Notes: generated from the sequence alone by a model not told the origin. 64,000 nucleotides of DNA from Octopus vulgaris (GCA_951406725.2 OX597818.1:105338001-105402000); one strand, 5' to 3'; shown: positions 1 to 13,700, counted from the first letter of the stretch. A program made the numbers and translations.

Positions 1-649
1 AGACATGGTTGGATAAAATATTGGAGAAATAGATGAATGGATAAAGTAAGACAGGAATGGCTGGATAAATGCAATGAGTGAAAAATAGATAGATGCAATG
101 AGGGAGGAGTACTTGGAGGAGCAGGTAGAAAGATATCTCATTCAACTGTTTAAAACTTACATTACAAAATTAGATATTACATTCAGGGGCTGAATCAAGA
201 AAGCTTTCAAAAGGTTCACCGTTGTGCATAAACAACAAGGTATCATTCTTAGACTTAATGGTCTTTTAGAATATCCCTGTCCCCAAAGAAATAAAGAATG
301 AAAGATTAAAACCTTATTGGTCAGTGTGGCATATAAAACATTTGTAATATTTTATATTTCCTGACTTAATAAGATTTACTTTTTATATACGTTTTTGACT
401 GCGTTGCTTGCATGTAAAGGATGTTTCTTTTTATAATTACTGACCTATTTAGTTTTTCTTTTTTGACCCCCTACCAACTTGCCCAAATTAGCCAAGCTGC
501 CAAAGGGCTTAAACTGAGTTTTTATGCAATTTCTGAAAAAAAAAATTTTTTTGTAATTTTTACTTATTGTAAAAGATTTTAAAATATTTGATGTAAATTT
601 ATTTACTTATTTATTTATTAAATCAATCACCCGATCAATCGATATTTTG

Positions 650-1022
650 TAGCTGTGTGGTAAGAAGTTTGATTCCCAACCACATGGTTCTGGGTTCAGT
701 CTTACTCCTTGGCTCTTTGGGTAAGTGTATTTTACTATAGCCTTGGCTTGACCAAAGCCTTGTGAGTGGATTTGGTAGAAGGAAACTGAAAGCAGCCTGT
801 CATTTATGTGTGTGTGTCATTGTTTGTCCTACACTGCTGCTTGACAACTGGTGTTGGTGTGTTTATGTTCTGATAACTTAGCAGTTTGGCAAAAGATATC
901 AAAAGAATAAGTACCAGGCTTAAAAAAAGTACTGGGGTTGATTCATTCAAATGAAAATTCCTCAAGATGGTGCCCCAGCATGGCTTCAGTCTAAGACTGA
1001 AACAAGTAAAAGATAAAAGATA
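650..1022 (+). mobile_element. tRNA-derived SINE (decayed)
   Basis: A/B-box-like head (tgtggtaagaag...gggttcagtc). Body 'aagtgtattttactatagccttgg...aaagccttgtgagtggatttggtagaaggaaactgaaa' recurs at ~32550, ~35215 (-) and ~54665. Short (aaagat)n tail. Confidence 0.7.
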
Positions 1023-1899
1023 GAATTAATAAAGTGACAGACAAAAATGCCTTGCAGTATTTAGTTCTGTACCTTTATATTCTGAGTTCAAGTCTTGCTG
1101 AGGTTCCCTTCCATCCTTCTAGGAACACTAAAATGAATAACAACTGAGTAGTGGAATCAATTTAATCAACTATACTTTCTTCCAAAATCTATTACCTAGT
1201 GTTTATGTCAGAAATTAATATTTTAGCTACAGAAAATGTAGCTAAAATAATAAAGTGCCAAGCTAAATATATTGAAGTATTTAGTTTTCTACCAGTAGAT
1301 CATTTGTGGTGGGGTTCACTTTACCTATTCATCCCTCAAGTGTTAGAAATATATTTACCAATAATATACTTGAAGATGAATCAAATAGATATAATATTTC
1401 TGCAAAAAGATTTGGCTTTGTACCTAAATAAGAAAGCAAATTATTTCAATTTACCTGAAGTGGCTAGCAATATAATACATATTTCAACTGTAAAACAAAC
1501 TTTCAGGCTTCAGCAGGCTCAAATGGATTCATTGAAAAATTGTGAAAAGATTGGTTTGACATAAACAACAAGTTGGTAACCTCCCTTTCATCTTTAATCA
1601 ACTTCATTCTCTCTATGTTCAATGTTCAAATGATAAGAAATCACAACCAAAGAAAAACTCCTGCAATAGGACAAAGTAAATAATACAAAATAAACCCTAC
1701 AAGATGCAGAACATTTGGTAGATGGAAAGGATGGGAAAACTGATTACTGCCAATGCAAAGGATGGGGAAATATTCTTCTGTTAATTTAAAGTAATGTTTG
1801 GACCACTGTTTATATGAAATACAGATGGAAGATTTTTTAGTCTGGATCGCTTTAAAACAGGAAGTTTTTATCACAGAACCAAGATCAGAATCAAGCAGG

Positions 1900-2270
1900 C
1901 TAATATCAAAAGGATTAATTACCAGTTAATAACCTCTGATGATACCATGAATAAAAGACTCTATGACTTAATGATTGTGGAACTTGATATTACTCCAAAA
2001 ATTACAGAAACAACTAATGCAATCAACCAACTTTCTAGCAGGAAATGTGCCTGAAGATGAAAAGTGTACAAATATGATAGAGATACACTTGTGGTGGAAC
2101 TTACTCAAACCATCAGATGGCTGTGGTTAGAGGAAGTGGTCACACAAGATTCTGATAGCATACTGGTCATTCATCTGTACAAATGCAAAGGTAATAGATA
2201 GGAGGGTGACAATCATTGAGGCATGTCTCTTGCTAATACTCTTGATACAATTATGAACCTCATTTAAGAT
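1900..2270 (+). pseudogene. Highly decayed LINE ORF2 (RT N-terminal) fragment
   Basis: 'aaaggtaatagataggagggtgacaatcattgaggcatgtctcttgct' resembles the KG-x-C-DNxRGISLL motif of LINE RTs; no open frame remains. Confidence 0.35.
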
Positions 2271-3041
2271 GAAGTACAATTTGTGAGTGATTTGGCTGTT
2301 ATTTCTTGTATGTAGTGTCTCCTACAATGGCTTCACTTCAGTCAAGAGTTGTGGAATGAAGTACCATGTTCCCACCACTGGTTACTGAAATCATTTTATG
2401 GAATTTGGTATTTTTACATATTCCATTTTGATAACTTTGTCAGCATGAGTTGTTTCTTTCTTATCACCACTTGCAGTTATGTGTGTGTGTGTGTAATAGA
2501 GGTCCTTTCATTTAGATGTCAATAAGCATTGTACGTAGCCAAGTACAGGGTTTTTCAAAATGAATTCTAAGGAGCCCTAAGGCTCTGTGAAAAAAATTTA
2601 GGTTCTACAAGATGTCTTTTAATAAAATTTACAAAAATCATTTTTATCAAAAAATGTTGTTCTTTATTTTCAAAGTAAATTATTTTATATTTCTTTTTAT
2701 ATGAATAAAATCTCTCTATAAAATAATTTTTATTGTTTCTTTTAGTGTTTTATGAAAATTAGGGCAGAGAGGGTTGTCTGTAAAATATAGGCATAGTCTT
2801 TTCAATTTATGATTTTAAAATTGCATAAGGGTTTTACAATAAAATAAGTTTCTGAATTAATGGTCATATGGTTAGGCTGTTTGAATCGCGATTGCAAAGC
2901 CGTGGGATTAATTCCTTGACCAAGTGATGGGTCATGTCCCTGGGCATGGCACATCACTTGACATTACTCCTATTCACTCACTTGAAAATGAGTTGCGTCA
3001 GCTACAGTATAGCAGCATGCAAACCATTAACAACAAATCTT

Positions 3042-3461
3042 GGATCTTTTCGGTTTGAACAGCAGTTTTTTTCTAGCGGTGTCATATGAAATTGTCACCC
3101 ATAATTATGACCCTAGTATCGATCTATTGCATTTCAATCTGTTTTAGGGTTAGGGTTAGGGGTGGGGAGGAAGGGTATCTTTTTTTCTTCGGAAATGTAA
3201 ATAAACCCAATCTATTTCTTAAACGAGGGGCCTTTTCATACGGCACAGAATGTTTTCACCTCAATAGACGTCGTTGATTGGTTGAAATTGCAGAAATTGA
3301 AGAAAAAAAAACAACAAATATCTTACAAACTATAGAATTTTCTCAATAAAGCCAAGAGAAAAAGATGTTTTATAAACACATTCTACCAGTATACGAAGTT
3401 TAAAAGTGTTTAGTTACATTGAAATTATTTTAAAAAGCTTCCGTTCAAACCGAAAAGATCC
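3042..3461. mobile_element. 420-bp MITE / non-autonomous DNA transposon
   Basis: Perfect 19-bp TIRs GGATCTTTTCGGTTTGAAC...GTTCAAACCGAAAAGATCC. Internal (TTAGGG)3. A partial second copy lies at ~26258-26556. Confidence 0.8.
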
Positions 3462-5256
3462 GTATAATCTATTAAGTTCCTATAAGTTATTTAATATTCT
3501 TGACTGTGAAGATTCTGAAGTTGTTTCTATCCTTATCAAATTTATTTCTTTTTACAAAAAAATGTATGTATTGAAATACATGACTGAATGCAGTTAGCTC
3601 CCTTGCATTTCTTTTTTAACCTTCTAAATTCTGGAACCCCGTCGATCTTTCAGAATAGGGTATTAAACGAGGTTATCTTCCTTACTATTCCTTTTGGTAA
3701 AGGTAAATTTAAGTTTCGATACTTGCGTGCGTACGTGCATGGGTGCGTGTGTACGTGCGTGCGTAACTGCGTGCATAAGTGCGTAAGTATGCGTGCAGGA
3801 GCGAGCGAGAGAGAGAGAGATATACAGCAGACAGAGTTTGGCTGTATATGCATGTCTGTGTGTGTGCACGCGTATTTATTTACAAAAAGGGGATAAAAAA
3901 GAAAACAATGAAGGAAAATGAACATTTATGTACGTGCCCGTACATACACAAATTTTCCCTCTTACTCTCATACACAGACGCATATGCATATACACACGCA
4001 AGCCAATATATACATACAAGCATAGCTATAAATTTATGTCTAACAAACAAGGATCGCATCCCCAAACTGTCGTTCTGCCGACTGACCATCCCTGAGGTGG
4101 GGGGAAGTTGAAGGTACTAAGTTGACTATAGGTAGTGTCGTCGGCATAGATATCTATCACGTATCACATTTTTTAAATTACTAGAAAGAATTTGAGCATG
4201 GGACGTCAAATTAACATACATACATATGCACACACACAAACACACACACACAGACGTACATACATTTAAACAGAAAAAATCCCACTTCTTCCCTAATAAA
4301 ACATTCTCGAAGAAATTAGTGATACTCAATCCCAAAGCTAAGCTATAATTAACTCTAATTTCATGTCACCCAATCAAAATTCATATACTTGTTTAATTTA
4401 GATGTTTGGGGTGTCAATAGTCATCAATGTACCATATAAGGTGGTAATGATAATAATGCGTTAGGCTGCATATAATTGAGGCAACAGCATTCCAACAACT
4501 AACTTTGATTTTATTTGTGCTGCACAAGTCATATTGAGGTTGGTCATGAATTACAACGATCTTCACATAGAGTCAACATGACTATAAGAAACAGATTGCA
4601 ACTTGCATGGTTAGCTGGATACAAGAGCTTACTACTGGAGCTGGATTAAACTCAGGAATATATATACGCATATATACATCATAGCATGCAGTTGTTAGAA
4701 CAGCTTTGTAAGCTGGGAAGGAGTGAGTGAATTGGACAATAACTTGGCAGACACTGAGATTTTGCACTCAAAACAGACTGAATTCATAAGCTATCTAGAA
4801 GGGTAAAAAAAAAATAGTCTATCACATGAAAACCAGCTGCTGATTGGTTGATAACTGAACTTCACACAAGAACAGGGTTGAGCAATGTTGTGGCTTGAAG
4901 TGTATAACATGATGACTTGAAATCAAGTCTTGCTACACACTAATGAGGCCATATGCAAGCGACACAGCCTGTTCTCTTTCTTTCTGAGTTACCAATCAAA
5001 CACAAGTTCTTCTACCATCTTTGTCTCAAGCCATTACTTGATGTTGCTCAACCGCCCATTCTGTGATCTTCCTATATCACTTTCACTTGAGGTTTTTCCA
5101 TATATAACCATCCATACACATTGAAATAGAAATGCCATGGTATTTGTGACATGACTAAGCCATTTTATTTTTGTTTTTTTTACTATAAAGTTTCTTGGTT
5201 AACAGTTTTCTCAGCAGTTTCTTTCATAACAGTCTCATTACATCAATTCTCAATGT

Positions 5257-7146
5257 CATCATCATCATCATTTAATGTCCGTTTTTCATGATGGCATGGG
5301 TTGAATGGCTTGACTGCACCAGGCTCCAATCTGATCTGGCAATGTTTCTACAGCTTGATGCTCTTCCTAACGCCAACCACTCCGAGAATGTAGTAGCTGC
5401 TTTTTATGTGCCACTGGTGCAGGAGCCAGTCAGGTGGGCCTGGCATCGATCACGTTTGAATAGTGCATCGGCCATGTTCAGATGTTGCCTTTTATGTGCC
5501 ACTGGCACAGAAGCCAGTCGAGGCAGCGCTGGCATCGGCCACGTTCGGATGGTGCTTTTTATGTGCCACCGGCACAGGTATCACAACTACTATTTCCATT
5601 GATATTAATTTCGATGTTCATGTACTTGACTCAATAGGTCTCCTCAAGCACAGCGGGATGTTCTGGTATCCAAGGTACTTTGAATGGGCAGGGGCTATGC
5701 GGAACTGGTGCAGGAAGCAGCCCGGGTCTTTGCAGTCACAGCATATCTCCAGAGATCTCGGTCCTTCGTCATTGCCTCTGTGAAGCCCAACCATCTGAGG
5801 TCATTCTTGACTACCTCATCCCATGTCTTCCTGGGTCTTCCTCTCCACCTGATACCTTCAACTGTTTGGGAGCGGCACTTCTTCACACATCTCTCCTCGT
5901 TCATCCGCAGTACATGACCATACCATCGCAAGTGTTGCTCTTGCACACCACATCTGATGCTTCGTATGTCCAGCATTTCTCTCAGGGTGCTTACTCTCTG
6001 TCATGCGCGCACACTGACATTACACATCCAGCGGATCATGCTAGCTTCATTCCTTTCAAGTCTACGCATGTCCTCTGCAGTCACAGCCCATGTTTCACTA
6101 CCGTGAAGCATGGCAGTTCGCACACATGCATCATACAATCTACCTTTCACTCTGAGTGAGAGACCCTTTGTCGCCAGTAGAGGTAGGAGCTTTCTAAACT
6201 TTGCCCAGGCTATTCGTATTCTAGTGGTGACACTCTCTGAGCATCCACCTCCACTACTAACTTGGTCACCCAGGTAGCGAAAACTATCAACTACTTCTAG
6301 TTTCTCCCCCTGGAGTGTGATGGAATCTGTTTTCTGAGTATCTGTGGTGTCTATTGTCCCTGTGCATCTGCCGCACATGAAAGCTATCTTATCAGTTAAT
6401 TTCCCTTTGATGTTGCGGCACCTCTTATGCATACATTGGGTACATCTTATGGAGTTTCTACATACACCTTTCCTACAGATCGAGCAGGGCCACTTGCCCG
6501 AGAGTGTGTGTGTGTGTGCTGAGTTCGCCTTTCTGCTTACTATAACTTTGGTCTTTGCTACGTTTACTCTAAGGCCCTTTGATTCTAACTCTTGCTTCCA
6601 CACCCAAAATTTCTTTTCTAGTGCCGGTGGTGATTCTGCTATGAGAGCCAGGTCATCAGCATAGAGAAACTCCCAGGGGCCACCTGTTTTGAATTCCTCT
6701 GTTATTGCCTGGAGGACTACGATGAATAAAAGGGGACTGAGGGCTGAGCCTTGGTGTACACCTACTTCTACCCGGAATTCTTCACTATATTCGTTGCCAA
6801 TTCTAACCTTGCTGACAGCCTCTCTGTATAGGGCCTGTACAGTCCTTATTAGCCATTCGTCAATCTCCAGTTTCCACATCGACCACCAGATAAGGGATCG
6901 GGGAACCCTGTCAAAGGCTTTCTCCAAGTCCACAAAAGCTATGTAGAGGGGTTTATCTTTAGCTAGGTACTTCTCCTGCAGTTGTCAGAGCAGGAATATA
7001 GCATCAGTGGTGCTTCTACCTGGCACAAAACCGAACTGCATCTCATCTAAGCAAATCCTCTCCCTAATGAGATGGGCTATGACCCTCTCTGAGACCTTCA
7101 TCACCTGATCCAACAGTTTAATAACCCTGTAGTTATTTCTATCTAG
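5257..7146 (-). mobile_element. 5'-truncated RTE-clade LINE
   Basis: ORFs 6001-6933 and 5695-5976 carry DLEKAFDRVPR, GVHQGSALSPLLF, YADD, a Cys-rich insertion and LRWYGHV...GRPRKTW. (TGA)n tail at ~5257-5272. Confidence 0.9.
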
Positions 7147-7980
7147 TAGCTTATCTATTGACCTTGAAAGAATTTGACTTCAGCTGGATTTGATCTCAGA
7201 ACATAGAGAACCGCAACAATTACTGCAAAGCTGTCAATTGGCTATCGTGAAGACCCGATAGAAAAAGCAGCTAAACCTCACTCAGCTCATGCCCTACTGT
7301 TATAAGAAAGAAAGGCTATTGTAGATAATATAATTTCAACATTCCTCATAGCCAAAAGACAGGATGGTCATGGATAAAACGTCTTTAAGCAAATGATTTC
7401 TGGATTAGAGATGATCTGGGAGCTGGACAACAACATCTAAAATTAGAACTCACTAGAATTAAATGTTCACTAGAGATAGCACAAGAGGTAGACGTGGCCG
7501 CATTTCCCGCGACACACATCGAACCCGTGCTCTATGGTGTCAGCTTGATGCAGTCATATGTATATCAGGGACAATATATGTGTGGCTGCAATTCAGCCAT
7601 TTGATCAGGTAACTGGAAGAGAGAGCAACAACAATAATAGTACCAACAATATCAGATACACACACACACAAACACAAAACACCACCACCACCAGCAACAA
7701 GATAATCATCGTTAATTTTAGAGAGGATCACTTTTTTAAATTAACGAGAATAATGAACACACCTGGCGTAATTTCATATCGTCAACCAATAGTGCCACAC
7801 CTGAGATGTTAGTCACGTTGTGATTGAGAAATCGGTCAACATAAATATTACTTTACATACTCTGCTATCCTGTTTCTTTTTTTTGAGTTCGTTTCAAATA
7901 TTAAAAAAAAATTTTATCCTGATTTCAAATGTCAGACAAAACACTGAATCGGAAAACTGATACGTCTAAAACTGGTGGTG

Positions 7981-8580
7981 CATATGTATGTGTGTATATA
8001 TGTGTATGTATGTATGTTTGCATGCATGTATGAATCTGCATGTATGTGCATATGTATTTATGTATGCATGTATATATGTATGTGTGTGTGTGTGTATATT
8101 TGTATGTATGTGTTTGTAAGCATGCAAATATATATGCATGTATGTATGTATGTATGGATGTATGCATGCATGCATGCATGTATGTATGCATGCATGTATG
8201 TATGTACGTATGTATGTATGCATGCATGTATGTGTGTATGTGTGTATGCATGTATGTATGTATGTATATATGTATGTATATATGTATGTATGTCTGTATG
8301 TATGCATGTATGTCTGTATGTATGTGTTTGTAAGTATGCAAATATATATGTATGTATGTATGCATGCATGCATGCATGTATGTATGCATGCATGTATGTA
8401 TGTACGTATGTATGTATGCATGCATGTATGTGTGTATGCATGTATGTGTGTATGCATGTATGTATGTATATATGTATGTATGTCTGTATGTATGCATGTA
8501 TGTATGTCTGTATGTATGTGTTTGTAAGTATGCAAATATATATGTATGTATGTATGTATCTATGTATGTCTGTCTGTATG
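7981..8580. repeat. Compound (ATGT/ATGC/GT) microsatellite with higher-order duplication
   Basis: Marker 'tgtttgtaag(c/t)atgcaaatatatat' recurs at ~8111, ~8326 and ~8520. Confidence 0.9.
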
Positions 8581-8659
8581 TCAGGTCACTTACAAGGCTT
8601 TCATAATTGTGGCTGGTAACATGGAATCCAGTACAACCAGTTGCATGGTTGGGTTGTCA

Positions 8660-10141
8660 GCAACTAAACTGGCAATCACAAACGCCTTCAGGTAGATGGC
8701 CCTGCTCGATCTGTAAAAAATGCGTAGGTAGAAACTCTATAAGGTGCACCAAGTGTAAGCTATGGACACATAAGAGGTGTAGTAATGTCAAAGGAAGACT
8801 AACTAGGAAAATAGTTTTTATCTGTGGAAGATGCTCAGGAGCAATAAACTCTGAAAATATGCAGAGACCAACTTCTACCACATTCCAGAGAGAAAAACTA
8901 GAAGTAGTTGATAGCTTCCGCTACCTAGGTGACCAAGTCAGTAGCGGGGGTGGGTGTGCTGAAAGAGTAACTACTAGAGTAAGAATAGCCTGGGCAAAGT
9001 TTAGAGAGCTCTTACCCCTGCTGGTGACAAAAGGCCTCTCACTCAGAGTAAAAGGCAGACTGTATGATTCATGTGTACGTACAGCCATGCTACATGGTAG
9101 TGAAACATGGGCTGTGACTGCTGAGGATTTGCGTAAGCTCGCAAGAAATGAAGCCAGTATGCTCCGATGGATGTGTAATGTCAGTGTTCATAATCGACAG
9201 AGTGTAAGTACCTTGAGAGAAAAGTTGGACCTATCAAGCATCAGTTGTGGTGTGCAAGAGAGACGTTTGCGCTGGTATGGTCATGTGACGAGAATGGCTG
9301 AAGATAGTTGTGTGCGAAAGTGCCACACCCTAGCAGTTGAGAGAACCTGTGGAAGAGGTAGACCCAGGAAAACATGGGACGAGGTGGTGAAGCACGACCT
9401 TTGAACTTTAGGTCTCACCAAGGAAATGACTAGAGACCGAGACCTATGGAAGTATGCTGTGCGTGAGAAGACCCGGCAAGACCAGTGAGAACATAACCTG
9501 TGGCCTACATACCTTTCTCCACTTGTGAAGACCCATTGAGACAAGTGAAAATCAAAATCAAATCAAAATCAAAATCAAACCAAATAAAATCAGATATCAG
9601 AAAGCAGATCCAAAATCGAAGTCGATCAACATCAATGGAAATTGCAGCTGTGGTTAAGCGAACCATCCGATTGTGGCCGTTGCCAGCGCTGCCCCGACTG
9701 GCCTCCGTGCCGGTGGCACGTAAAAGCACCATCCGTTCGTGTCCGTTGCCAGCCTCGCCTGGCCCCCGTGCCGGTGGCACGTAGCACCATCCGTTCGTGT
9801 CCGTTGCCAGCCTCGCCTGGCCCCCGTGCCGGTGGCACGTAGCACCATCCGTTCATGGCCGTTGCCAGCCTCGCCTGGCCCCCGTGCCGGTGGCACGTAA
9901 AAGCACCATCCGTTCGTGGCCGTTTGCCAGCACCATCTGGCACCTGTGCGGGTGGCACGTAAAAAGCACCCACTACACTCACGGAGTGGTTGGCGTTAGG
10001 AAGGGCATCCAGCCGTAGAAACACTGCCAGATCAGACTGGGCCTGATGCAGCCTTCTGGCTTCACAGACCCCAGTTGAACCGTCCAACCCATGCTAGCAT
10101 GGAAAGCGGATGCTAAATGATGATGATGATGATGATGATGA
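8660..10141 (+). mobile_element. 5'-truncated RTE-clade LINE, 3' part with 3'UTR minisatellite
   Basis: ORF 8607-9404 is homologous to the 6001-6933 ORF (FRYLGDQV, LRWYGHV, GRPRKTW). About five 57-60-bp tandem units at ~9660-9960. (TGA)n tail. Confidence 0.9.
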
Positions 10142-10497
10142 TACACATTTTATCTATTTTGGTTATAATATCATTTTTAATAATCTTAAATTTTATCTTT
10201 ATACAACATAACAATATTGTTTATATACAATCACCCATAGTACCACATGATAATTTCCTCTGTATTAACATCATAGGTTTTTATTAGCATTTTGCCCCTT
10301 TAACTGGGGTAAAGATGAAATGATTGCATTATTCAATTAAATGGAGCCACTTGAAATGGTCGTGCTGCATCACCTCTTGATATCCTGTTGCTTATTTTGA
10401 TTGTATCCACCTTACTTTGAGTTGTATGGATAATACCGCACTGATTTGGTGCTTCAACTTAAGTACCTAATTCATCTTAATCTCAATTATTTCTTAC

Positions 10498-10530
<33 letters not shown>

Positions 10531-10537
10531 TATATAC

Positions 10538-10569
<32 letters not shown>

Positions 10570-10659
10570 CCTAAGTGTATCATATATCTGACAAAGAAGC
10601 ATGCACTAAAGCATAGAGCAGTAATGTATCTATATGCAGTTGAGTATATGTCCAGTCAT

Positions 10660-10721
10660 AGAGTGACTAATGATTTCGCATCTGTAAAGAGCTTAGCCCT
10701 ATGGACGACTCATCAGACTCT
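10660..10721 (-). ncRNA. Type I hammerhead ribozyme motif
   Basis: Minus strand reads agagt-CTGATGA-(stem II)-GAAA-tcattag-TC-actct: perfect 5-bp stem I and a GUC cleavage triplet; stem III is imperfect. Confidence 0.6.
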
Positions 10722-10779
10722 GACAGAGGGCCATATGGCCCTGGATAAAAAGATTGTTTGAAGTGGTGCACATATTTTA

Positions 10780-13700
10780 TTTATTAAGAAAAAGGAGATA
10801 GTCAGAATTTTGGATAATTATTTACTAAGCACTTTCATCCCATTTCAGAAATTCATCAGGAATGATTTTTTTAACGAAAATTTATGTCTTTTATATATGT
10901 GTGAGTTAGTTGAAATAATCAGGAGCTGAATTGGGAAGAGAATGTTCTTCGTTATTTTGAATCTATATGTGTGTATATAAGTATGTGTGTGAGGGAAATT
11001 TTTGGAGGCTTGGTTAGAGGTAGAAAGAAAGAAAGAAAGAAAGAAAGAATGGGGTCTTTTTCTGAGATTGTTGAAATTGCATTATATTCATTGGTCTGTT
11101 ATCATGCTACCCAACTGTAGAAAAGGGACTGTTCAAGATTTTCGTTTTTTTTTTCTTTTTTGTCAGTTGTGAGGTTATCCACTTGTAGAAAATAGACTCT
11201 GTCAAAAGTGTTTTGGAAGGTAATTAAAAATGAATGTGTGTTTGAGTATATGTGTGTGAAAGAGAATGTGTGTGTTGTATGTTGGTTGCTGACGTGAATT
11301 TTTCCAGTTACTTTAGTAAGTCATCATCCTCATCATCATCATTTAATGTCTGCCTTCAATGCTGGGTTGGATGGTTTGACAGGAACTGGCCAGGTAGAAG
11401 ATTACACCAGGCTTCTGTGTCTGTTTTGGCATGGTTTTCATGGCTGGAAGCCCTTCCTAACACCAACCACTCCATGAGAATATTTTAACAAGGATTTCCC
11501 ATGTACCTTTTACTTGTTTCAGCCATTCAATGGCGGTCATGCTGGAGCATGTACATGAAGGGTTTTAGTTGAACAAATCAACCCCAGAACTTATTCTTTT
11601 TTATTCGTTTAGTTTAGTAAGAATTTTTTGATAAAATGCAATTCCATTGTCTTCCAGTACTTTGGGTCATCACTTGAACATATGTAGAAGGAAAAGATCT
11701 TGAGTCTGCTGTTTCTACATATTTCCAGATGCTTGTTCAGCAGAGTTTTGTGTAATCCTTTTTGTCTGATAATTTGTCTGTAGATTCTTGCACTTTAGCA
11801 AAGGGAATTGTTGGTTTTACCAATATAATTATTCTTGCAATTGGAGCAGGTTAGGCAGTATATTATGAGATTTTGTGTCTTGCAATTCAAATCTGCATTT
11901 ATCTTGGAGACTCCACTTTTAAATTTTACATGGAAACCAATGTCCAAATATTTGAAGTTGTTGTTACATGTACCACATCTATTATCTCTACAATCCTTCA
12001 CTGAGAATTCAGATTTATCATCTGATATGAATTTTGCCCACTTGAGATGTTTTTTAAGATTTTTTTGGCTGACATTTACTGTTTTATATAAGGTTTTCAT
12101 TAACCAGATTTTTCATTTTGAGGCTTTGCATTGGTAGGTTTCTTTTCATAGTGAGGAAAATATCAGTCACACTAGGATTATATGTATTGATAAATGGAAT
12201 AGCATTTTCTTTAATTTTTTCTTAGGTATCCTCAATTGTATGACATCCAGTTTCATCATCTTTATAATTTTAAGGGGTAATTCTGTTTTTTTAATTCTGT
12301 TTTTCATCATCTTTATAATTTTAAGGGGTAATTCATTGAGCTGAATTTGACATATCACTATTGTACCGATACATCTTTTCATATTATATGGAATGTTCCT
12401 TATGATGTGTGAAGGATGGCTAGAATAGAAGTTCAAATACTGATGTGTGTATGTTTTTCAGTAAAATATATCCATTGTTAATGTGGAGTTGTGTATTTTT
12501 ACATGAATGTTTAGGAATAGTAAGTCATTTTGACTGGTTTCTGTTGTGAATTTGACAGATAGGTGAAGGATATACAGAATGTTACTGAATATTTGTAGAT
12601 CATCATTTGATTTCTCCAAAGAAATAAAGTAGTCATAGAAAAAGAATTTCCACTTTTCAATGACATTTTTCTTTAAATATTGATCTCTCTACCTTCTTGT
12701 ATAGATGCTCTTTTCAATTCAATTCAATTCAATTTTTATTGGCTCAAAAAGCAAAAGCAAGGTCATGTAGGGGGACAGGGAGTTATGTACAAGGAGGGTG
12801 GTCATACAAAGTGTTCAGGCCATTTCTGGTCAAGAAAGACTTTGAACCGAGCGGTCGTCGGCATCTTCACTATCTCGTCCGGCAGCTTATTCCACGGATT
12901 TGCAACCCGGACGGAGAAAGCCCCTCTCCTTTGATTGAGATGAAATCATTGTAGATAGAGCTTTTCGGAGTGACCATCCAGCCCACTCTCTGGAGCAGGA
13001 GTGAAGAACAGCTCTTTCGAGAGGTTACACTTTCCGCTTATGATGTTGTGAGCGAGAATAAGGTCGAGAGAATAAAGGTCAAGCATCTTCAGCCTTTCTT
13101 CATATGACAAATGCTTGATACTAAGAACCATGCGAGTAGCCAGCTTCTGGACTCTTTCAAGATGATGTATGTCTTTGAGGAGATAAGGAGAAGAGGCTTG
13201 AATCCCATACTCCGATATGGGTCTCACCAGCGTGACATAGAGCAGTAGGAATATGGCTGCTGTGAGCATTCCGAATGACCGTCGAATCAAAAACAGAACT
13301 CTGTGTGCTTTGTTGGCAGCATGGACACATTGGGCCGAAGGCAAAAAGGAAGAATCCACCAAGATACCCAGGTCCTTTACTTGGTCCTTTACTTGGTCGG
13401 TCTTCTCCAGCAGCAGACGACCCAGCTCGAAATCAAGTTGAGTTGCAGGAGAGGAGCCAACAGGCAGATGACAGCATTTTGACACCTTCAGACACAGGTC
13501 CCATTCGTTTGACCATCTCCAAACTTGGTGGAGGCATCGATGAAGATCATCTATATCACTGTGAGGAGCGACCAGTTTGACATTGTCGGCAAATAGAAGG
13601 GTGTGTTGCATGATGTGGGTTCTTATAAAGAACCCATATCAGATTAGCATAAGAAGGTGGAAATTTCATTCCCATACCTGTGCCTTTTATTTGTTGATAC

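Noticed and set aside
1199-1564. 121-aa ORF
   Set aside because: GTG start, no recognisable domain and no splice support; probably chance or a TE remnant.
3143-3162. (TTAGGG)3 as a telomere or fusion relic
   Set aside because: It is internal to a TIR-bounded MITE.
7925-8619. Long His/Thr/Tyr- or Met/Tyr/Val/Cys-rich ORFs on both strands (also at ~21540, ~32510, ~34940, ~41415 and ~59550)
   Set aside because: They are stop-free translations of microsatellites, not genes.
9655-9965. Regularly spaced ~58-bp repeats resembling a CRISPR array
   Set aside because: The units are tandem with no unique spacers, lie in an RTE 3'UTR, and there are no cas genes in this eukaryotic context.
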